From: the human T2T-CHM13v2.0 reference genome, Homo sapiens
Length of the DNA: 64,000 nt
Assembly: GCF_009914755.1 (NCBI RefSeq)
Contig: NC_060929.1
Strand: one strand, 5' to 3'
The position numbers were made by a program, and so were the translations under genes. Numbering within the stretch: position 1 is the stretch's first letter; every line of letters starts with the position of its first letter. This document shows, piece after piece, positions 58,536 through 64,000 of this stretch. A model generated the notes under the pieces. The model was not told the origin of the DNA. It worked only from the letters and a program-made list of their open reading frames with translations, and did not search any database.

Positions 58536-59763
58536 AATCACATAATTACTGCCATATATCAATAGTAGTCTATGTGTGAATTGCCTCTGCAGTCATTTTG
58601 CCTTCTCCATTATCAAACTGAGAAGCTAATTCACAACTTTTCTGGAGATGCAGTTACCAAATGCTTTGTGATTTGTAACCTGACTCTCACTGCTTCTCCA
58701 GATATCAAACTGAACACACACACCCTCATTCTCATTTATTCTCTTTCTTTTGAGCTCTTAAAACTGCTATGTGACATATGGATTTAAATTATTTCCAAAA
58801 AGTGCTAAAGGACTTAATAAAGATCCTTAAGATTGATTGAGATACCTTGGGGACTGGCTAACCTGAATTGGAGACAATGGTCTTACCCTTTCATAACATT
58901 TAGTATTATGTTGTGAATGTAAGAGATAATGGATAAAAAAATAGACTTGAAATGTTACTCTTTGAATAACAGATCAAAACCTGTAGGGTTTTTTTTTTTT
59001 TTAAATGATGAGATTCAGAATAACTTCTTTGGAAATGTTATTTCCTTAGAAAAAGTAAAAAAGATGGACCACCATTTATGGTGGATCTGAATGCTCATAA
59101 AGATTTATGACAGATGGACAGAAGGAAGGAAGAAAAAAATATGTAGGAGGTTGTAGTCTAACAAACCACTGACTTTAAAAAACAATGGCCTACTTTCTTA
59201 CACGTAAGCTTGTGATAAAGTATGGGATCACTGCTAATACATTACAATTTCATATGCTTTTATGCAGACAAATGACTGATCTTGGCACACTTAGTGGCAG
59301 AAAAAGATAGAGTAATAAGGGCAGCACAAAGTATGTGGGGCAAGATACATTTTAAACTATTTAGTAGGCAAAAAATGTTCTGGCTTATACCAATCAAAGG
59401 CCAATAGAATACATTGCACAATTTCACCGACAATAATCAATACAAATTAAGGCAATACTTTAGTGTATTCAACACTAAAAACAGATAACAAACACTTCTT
59501 ACTTTCTTTTTAATGGAATTTGAGAACAAAATTTGTTGGTCCCAAATAAAGACAATGCTCACATTTCAACTAGTTTTTAATTAAGTGCTTAAAATGAGAT
59601 GATTTAACTTAATATTCAGGAGTTGTATTTCACATACCACTGATCAAAATAATCCTAAAATTTCTCTATCTCAATAATAATGATAATAATGACAACAAGC
59701 TTTTTTAAATGAACATTTTAACAAGAAGGTAAGCAGGAAGGACCTCTCTCCAGCTGTCCTCAC

Positions 59764-60023
59764 CTGTTGCAGAATTGCTCCCAGGGAGTTCTTGTCTTTT
59801 TGATTGACACCATCTTTCTGGAGTCTAGCAAGTAGCTCCGGTTTCTTGTAGGCCTTCAGGGCCAGTAAGTGAATCACCCTGTCCCTGTATGGCCTCTGAG
59901 AGATGGTGCTGCTGCTATGTGTCTTTCGAATTGTATTTGCAGGGTTCATGGGGGTTGACCTTTTCCTCTCAGGAACTGTATCTGAAACAGCTTGAGGTGC
60001 TTTCCGAATTTGCACTCTTTTCC
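59764..60023 (-). CDS. ELL2: ELL2 coding exon 5 (260 bp; GKRVQIRKAPQ...LGAILQQ)
   Basis: Translation matches ELL2 as recalled. Acceptor tttag (AG at 60024-60025), donor CAG|gtgag. The ORF track entry 59671..60015 runs on past the donor into the intron. Confidence 0.96.
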
Positions 60024-63000
60024 CTAAAGTCCAGTGGAAATGACATTGTTACACATTTGTGGGTTACAATATGAGCACCTCAGTTTCCACAATTCTGATT
60101 TAGGTACCTCTTCATTTCTAGAGGAAATAATAATAAAGGCCACTTTATTTCAATCTTTAAGAAGGCATGCAAACAGAAAGCATTTTAAATAAATGGTCTA
60201 AAATTTGAATTAGAAATTATTTTAATAAAATCATTTCTTGGAAATAATATGTATAATGCATGTATTTTGGTCATTTTGCTACAGAAAGATAATAACTAGT
60301 AACACAAACTGTAACAACAGACTTGATAACTTATATCTTAAATAAATATATGCCATTTCTGAAAAGCAAACTATAATACAGTGAACATGGTGAAATGTCA
60401 GAAATACCTGTCAGACCTCTCTAAGAACACACTCTTGGCTGAGCATTACGTTAGTAATTTCACACGTTCAGAAGCCACAAAGAGGGGGGAGGTCAACATC
60501 ATGAGGCATCCGTTAGTGATATATATATATATATATATTTTTTTTTTTTACAGGCCAAGACAAATTTTAGGATTCATAAAACAAAACTAACCAACCAACC
60601 AACCAACCAGTCTCAGAGGGCACAAACAAATCTGTCCTCTGCAGTGCTGAGACTACACATGTGAGTTAGAGAAATGGAAAATGGTACAAAGGAGGCCTTC
60701 ACACCATTCTCACATGGGCCAGTGCTGTTCATGTGGTTAACCCATTTGCTGTTTAGACTGAACACTGACACTTGGCAAGTGGCTACTTCTAGAACATGTG
60801 TGGGCTGAGGTGAACCGGGCATTATGTGTATGTGTGAAGCTATCCAGACATGCCTGGTCACTGACAATCCCAGCAACCGTTCCTTGCTGAAGAGACAAAA
60901 AGTAGCATGAAACTGTGTGAGACTCTCATTTTATGATTCTACAGGTGGAATCTTTTAGCTTGTTTAGGACACACTAAGCCCCAATTCTATGCCCTCTGGT
61001 TAAAGAAGGGGAAGAACTTGTAATGACATACGATGTGGACAAGTGCATTAGGAACAAGACTAACAACTAGAAATAATGGGTGGGTAAAAGCAGCTCCTAT
61101 AAGCTGTGGTCTGGGGTGAAAACAGCTCACTGGGGCAGGAGCTTTACTGAATAGTAATTCTGTCCATGCTGGGCTCCCCAGGCCTGGTCAGAAGGCCTGT
61201 GTGTTTTGATTCCATCCTACCTCCAGTAAGGGAAAAAAGATGAATGCTCTCAAACTGAAACCTCTACTGGCTGGTATGTTTCTTTACTATCTGTACAAAA
61301 CCAATTGCAAATATCAAACTATTACACAACAAAGGAACTCAACATTAAGGGGACACTGCCTAATGATAACAAAAACTTAAGTTATAATTAGAGTTTCAGA
61401 GATAGATTTAGATTGGGGTTTCTGTATTTTTCTTACATCAGCTGGAAACTTATGCACCAATTATGTGGGGGACACTGTGCTAAGAGCTGCATACACATTA
61501 TCTCACTAGGTTTCACCTGAAAAGGCAGGTACCGTCCCCTTTCACAGATGAGAAAACTGAGGCTTTTAATGGGATATGCTCAAAGGGTAAAATCCTCACT
61601 TAGCATTTGGGAGGTTCTGTGATTTGATTAATACCTAATTTTCCTGCCTGTAAGTCTTTGTGGGAAAGGTTTTATGAACAAATGCCTAATGTTTGCTGTT
61701 GCTTTGTGTTAGGCTATAAGCTCTATGAGGGCAGGGCAGTGGCTGCTTTGTCCACTAGCATGCCTTAAATCAGTATTTGATGACTAAATGAATGACAGCG
61801 AGAGAGCAAGTAAGCAGAGGAGCAGGAATCAACACAGTCCATACTTCCCCACGTTGCCAGGCTGCCAGTGTGAATACACACTGAAATTTCTAATGTGGCA
61901 AAGGGAAACCATTTAATCCACCATTTCCCAGTTGCAACAGCGTTAACAAACATTAGCATTCCTTAAAATTTTAATAGGAAATATTTTTTAAAAATAGAGT
62001 CAAGTTCACAAGTTTAGAAAATGCTATAAATTCCACACTCCCTCCCCCTTAACAAGTCTTGCAAAAAAGAAATTTGTTTAACTCTTTTCCAAACCAAGCT
62101 AACAGTGAAGCCCTTCTTTCTTTCTGGGAAGGGGGATGGGCAGAGAATGTTTGTTAGCTAAGCTACACACACTAGGACTGGTCATTTAGGATGAATTCAA
62201 GCAGCAAGGCAAATAAAAATAAAAAGAGAAACTAACAGTACTGCCACTGTTTTCAGGTGCCCTACCTCCTCTGTACCTCTGATTCACCTCTGATCCTTAT
62301 CTCAGGAGGTCTCCAAGGTCTACTGGGTTTATCCCCATGCTTCCCCAAAGCAGGTATGGAGAAGACAAATAAGGGAGGCTAACTTTGCCCTTAAAAGGGA
62401 TATAAGTATGATGTTTGGCAAGAAAGTAAGAGCCTGATCAAGTGAAGACAGAACTAGAGTTTTACTTGGGGCCCATTGCTAGACTGTCATCTCCCCATGA
62501 ATCCCCTACCCCCAAAACACTCACTTTGTCCTTTACCTCATTTTTCTTTTAGACAGCAAGTTAGGGGTTAACTCATATTTCATTCAAATGCTTGAAAGAA
62601 CAACTCAGCCACACTGGACCACTGAATTATACTCAAAGATCACTTGTTCACTACCTCCCCATCCCTTTTGTGCCTATTCGACAAGGAAGGAATCCTCTGG
62701 TTTAAGGAAAGACAGGCTACAGATGAAGAAAACATCAGTGATAAAGGTACTTACAGAATTGAGATGCTAAAAGAAAAAATGAAAAAGTAAAGCAAGAAAA
62801 TGTCAGGTTCAAAGTGGGCAGAAGAAAGGATTTATTTTTTATATTTGCCTCAGAAAAAAGCCATTTTAATAAAACCTATGGGAGAACCTAATTCTCTTCC
62901 CAGACCCAAATGCTAATCAACTCCCTGGGCTCTTTATATAAACAGCAGCAGTGGGTCCGACAGGGTTGGGTAGTCTGGGACAACAACTAAATCGCTGTTT

Positions 63001-64000
63001 CATAACAAGGAGTCCAATTCTAGCTTCTTCATTTAATAAAGATAGCAAAAGTATTTACCCCTCAGTCTAATGGCTTTGAGTAAACAGTCTGAAAGGAAGG
63101 TGTTAAAACATCCATCACAAAGACAGAAGGGACTGCAGCCATCTTCTGCAGTTGTTTTTCCATTCTGTGGAACCTGACCAGAAGCCCTGGCAACACAGAC
63201 CCAAGGCTTTAAAAACATCTGCAGGCTCATGACAATGACATGACTCTGTCATGGTTAACTACATAATCCATTGCAAGGGAAATCTCCACCACTTGGCATT
63301 TGTGACTACTTTTTCAAAAAGTTTACTACCAAAATATATATACTGAACATTCACAAAATGTTAGCACTACAAAGGACCTTAGATCTTGTCTAGTTCAAAT
63401 ACCCACCTTTTTTTTTAATATTTGAGAAAAGTAAGATGTTAAATGATTTGTCTGTCATCAAAAATAAGGAGGTTTGTTCACAAAGAGTAGAAATTGAAAA
63501 AAATAATAAGGAGGGTGGGCTGGAAGTTGGAAAAATTGGAAACAGAATCCTAGAAATTAGATTGGTTATTTTGTACACCTAAACAAATATTAGTACATAT
63601 AAAAATTCATAATTTAATACACTTCCAAAATTTAGGTAGAAGTCAGTGAGCAGACTTAAAATATCGGTGAATTAGAAGCAGTGGTGACGAGTGATTTTTT
63701 TTTTTATATCAGTGTTTACCACTGATATAAATGTCATGAATACAAGTAAAAATATTACTGGAAGATAATGTTTTCTAGGTTAAAGCCTTTCCTGCTCCTC
63801 TCTAGGCAAATAGATTTTGGTTTCTTCTGCCCACGAGAGGGTTGCAGAAACTCATATTCCTGGGCAATGAGGCCAGGTGACCCCTAGGAACACAGTCTTC
63901 ATTGCCTCAAACTGGCCTTCCTCCCTAGTCTAGCTGTCAGCCGTCATCACGCTACCACCATGCCACAGTGGGATCAGCATTATTCTCATTGGTCTTCTAC

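Noticed and set aside
60024-64000. Search for ELL2 exon 4 and further upstream exons
   Set aside because: No matching coding sequence seen; the upstream exons lie beyond the window.

Overview
Primate genomic DNA, recognisably human 5q15 (Alu, LTR12C, MaLR, MIR, L2 and MER repeats; low gene density). The right 40% holds the 3' part of ELL2 (Pol II elongation factor) on the minus strand. Eight coding exons (exons 5-12 by the known gene model) were delimited by hand at GT/AG boundaries; they join into one open frame ending ...QQQAESWS*, followed by a ~3.8 kb 3'UTR ending near 38340. The left part holds an intact solo LTR12C/ERV9 LTR (4211-5876, GTGG target-site duplication). It appears to serve as promoter and first exon of a 3-exon plus-strand transcript, most likely LINC01554/C5orf27 (~5470-13365). 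Hand-splicing this transcript reveals two junction-spanning ORFs absent from the ORF track: a 21-aa uORF whose stop overlaps (ATGA) the start of a 96-aa ORF. Other observations: tandem and intronic poly(A) options and a candidate poison exon in ELL2, B-cell miRNA seed sites in its distal 3'UTR, two CTCF-like motifs, a 17-bp perfect hairpin and nested transposons. No prokaryotic-type systems (CRISPR, operons, tRNA/rRNA) are visible. Repeat subfamily calls are by eye and their ends are approximate. Locus names come from recall, not from a database search.
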